From Callorhinchus milii (Eukaryota), in NCBI RefSeq assembly GCF_018977255.1, contig NW_024704742.1, positions 45,448,001-45,512,000 on the forward strand: DNA of 64,000 bases, in the 5' to 3' direction. The position numbers and the translations under genes were made by a program. The notes under the pieces were generated by a model. The model did not search any database and had not been told where the DNA came from. It saw only the letters and a list, made by a program, of their open reading frames with translations. Positions 61,521-64,000 of this stretch are shown here, piece by piece. Each line of letters starts with the position of its first letter. Position 1 is the first letter of the stretch.

Positions 61521-62747
61521 CTCCAACTGAGTATTTCGTTCTGCAAATTACTCCTGTTTTATATATCTGTCTAGTTCTGAAAGCTAATATGAATTCACCT
61601 AAATGACTAGTCTTTGCATTATTTGAAGCATTAATATAGCTCTCTTATTACTGTAATACATTATTCAGATATTCAACCCCATGAATATATGGAAATTCTG
61701 GTGAGAGTTCAACACATTTTAAATGCAGCATTTCCATAACTCAAAGGTGCAAGACATTTGGATCAGTAGGTGGACAAATGGTGTGTGGACCTGGATAAAT
61801 AGATAGTTGTTTGTGTTGTATGGAGAGTAATACTTTCAGAAGTTTATCAAATTAGGAAGTTTTATTTAACTTAATTTACTATATTTTATTTTTATTTTAC
61901 ACATAAAAATGTTACCTTATCTGAAACATTATGATATTGTGTTTAGTTGTTGAATTGGAAAGAAAAACAGTTATTATAACAACATTTTGATTTTCAATGG
62001 CAAAGAAACATTTTAGTAAGTGTGGTTACCGTTAACAGTCTTTGCAAGTAGAAGCTGGGTACAAAGCTTCATAGCAGCTTGCACTTGGAATGCTTGTACC
62101 TGCCAGTTATTAGTTGGTAGAAGTTGCTGGATAAATTTATTGATTGGTTAATGTACATCTAAATAGAAACAAGACAATCATATATAGACAGTTGAGGTGG
62201 ATAGGACAAGGTAAGCAATCTAAACAAATGCAACTGAGTGCCACAGAATCATCTGATTGATTAACTGTCATAAATATATTTCAGTTTAATTATCCACTCT
62301 ATTGCCCAGGTTAAATAAAATGTTAAATGCACCTTGCGGAAGGCTAAGTTGACCATTGTGACAATAAAATATCTTGATGCATAAAAGAGACAGGATAGCT
62401 TTGTTTTGACCTTGTGTACATATAGCACCAAAGGTCTGAATGTGACTGGCAAATTATTGGCCATATGGTGTGCCACGGAGGAACTGTACAAAGGCTTGGG
62501 ATTTGATAGAGCCAGAATATTCTCCTTTGAAGCTTCAATCATGTGGAATACTGAACTTGGATGAAAATTACAGTCAAACGATGGAGCAGGTTTTGAACTC
62601 GGTGAACTGAGATATTGGTCAATAGAAGCAATGTCAGTCACGAAAGAACACAGGACTTGGAGAGGAGCTTGGAACTCTGCTTCAACACTGATACTGAAGC
62701 TGAGCAGAAAGCCTCAGGACATTCTTGATGTCTTAAAACAATCAAAG

Positions 62748-63130
62748 AAATAATAATAAAAATAATATCCCTTGCCTTTGATATAGCATATTTCACATCA
62801 GGAGGACGTTTCAAAGCTCTAATAATAATTCTTGCATTTGATATAGCACTTTTCACGTCTTCTAGATGTCTCAAAGCGCTTTATAGAATATATTGTAAGG
62901 TGAATTGACTGTATATTTGTGGACGAAATGCGGCAGCCAATTGCGCGCAGCAGTGTCCCACAAACAGTCGTGGATTGAAAATAACCAATTTATCATTGTT
63001 TTGTTTTTTGGAGGGATTATTATTAGGCATGTGGAGTAAGGAAACTTGCCCAAGGTTTCGTCCTGCCTGGAATTGAACCCAGGTGTCTCACTTGCAAAGC
63101 GAGTGCTCTAACTACTGAACTACAGGACTC
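62748..63130 (-). mobile_element. SINE-A full length (short variant) with a duplicated tail
   Basis: GGAGTCCTGTAGTTCAGTAG head, TGC arm, B box; two tail units at 62748-62820 and 62821-62885. Confidence 0.92.
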
Positions 63131-63381
63131 CATATTTATAAGGCAGCTACGCATGCACACATGAATGAGTGCCACTTTGATCGAGGTCAAAGACCCCTGG
63201 ATGATTGGATTGATTTTCTCAGTGAATACATTGAACTGGCAGTTCTGGAGTTTATCCCAAACTGAGCTGTAGTCCATAAACTCGTATCTCTGGCAAAGTA
63301 TTAGTTTCCATTGCATTTGATGAACCAAGATACTTAATGGACAACTCTTTCCTGGTGAATATGAGGATGGAGACTTTCAAC

Positions 63382-63500
63382 ATTACTGTGTGCAATTGGC
63401 TGCCACGTTTCGCCCACAAATATATTCTGTGAAGTGCATTGAGACATCTCGAAGATGTGATAGGGCGCTATATCAAATGCATGGATTATTATTATTATTA
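63382..63500 (+). mobile_element. SINE-A 3' fragment
   Basis: CTGTGTGCAATTGGCTGCCACGTTTCGCCCACA...GCGCTATATCAAATGC(TTA)n. Confidence 0.88.
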
Positions 63501-64000
63501 TAACTGAAGAGAAATATGCTTCAAGACACCAGTAAGATCCATTGAGTTAAAGAGGAAAGATATGTCAGGTCTGAAGCTGGCAGACAACATTGTAGGGCGA
63601 TTGAGTCCCAGATCCTAAGACCACTTTGTTTGATGCAGAGCTGGAAAAGTACAATATCTGTTAGAAATCTTTAAAGGTTTCCCACTCGAGCCATTTTGTG
63701 ATACAAAAGCTATGGTAGGCACATGTGATAATAAAAAGACAGCAAACATTGAACCAAGGTCAAATACATTTTTAAATTTATTAGCACAGGGAAAATCTAT
63801 ATATTTACAACCAAATAGTGTTTGCCTCACCGTTACAAAGGAGCAGACTTCTTCCACTTTAATGGACTATGGGGAGGGAGAATTGCACCTAAAGTGCTTA
63901 TTTAACATAGCTTTCATTCTTTATTGCTTCTTCACAAATAGAAAGTCCATTAAAAGCACTTATTCTATTACCTCTCTTCTCCAATTCACGCAAATGTTCA

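Larger units (their letters stand above)
62430..63860 (-). mobile_element. Ancient RTE-like LINE relic interrupted by two SINEs
   Basis: Minus strand IKYLGS...EIR, SSVWDKL (AxxAFGKL-like), HQEC (HQRCLR-like), DIASIDQYL in RTE order. Confidence 0.55.

Noticed and set aside
63140..63380. Protein-like + strand frame (PLDDWIDFLSEYIELAV)
   Set aside because: Contains stops; the minus strand shows RTE-like KYLGS motifs in the correct order
1..64000. CRISPR array, operon or prokaryotic/viral system
   Set aside because: No regularly spaced repeats or gene-dense ORFs; the sequence is eukaryotic, repeat-rich and non-coding

Overview
AT-rich vertebrate non-coding DNA, most likely from a cartilaginous fish (shark or chimaera). 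This is inferred from the repeat content: tRNA/Deu-domain SINEs, abundant L2 and CR1 LINE pieces and a Penelope-type terminal repeat. No complete protein-coding gene is visible; nearly all listed ORFs are LINE remnants, their antisense frames or chance ORFs. The window looks like a large intron or gene desert. It holds nested retroposons (young and old L2, CR1, old RTE and other RT relics, two SINE families, and an unclassified A-tailed ~1 kb retroposon in 8 copies, here called Rep-A) between TE-poor islands that may be conserved non-coding elements. The most notable structures are: (1) a 102-bp near-perfect inverted repeat at 33.1-33.4 kb that creates a bipartite 5'+3' L2 derivative head-to-head with an older L2; (2) a 93-bp inverted duplication of a decayed SINE at 28.8-29.4 kb; (3) a local duplication with an invariant 38-bp core (46.6 and 49.1 kb); (4) a candidate coding exon at 42.2-42.3 kb next to a palindromic element; (5) a decayed hammerhead-ribozyme motif in a Penelope-type repeat. 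I cannot support a complete novel multi-gene system. Boundaries of old repeats are approximate (about +/-20-50 bp), and family names come from motif recognition, not database searches.
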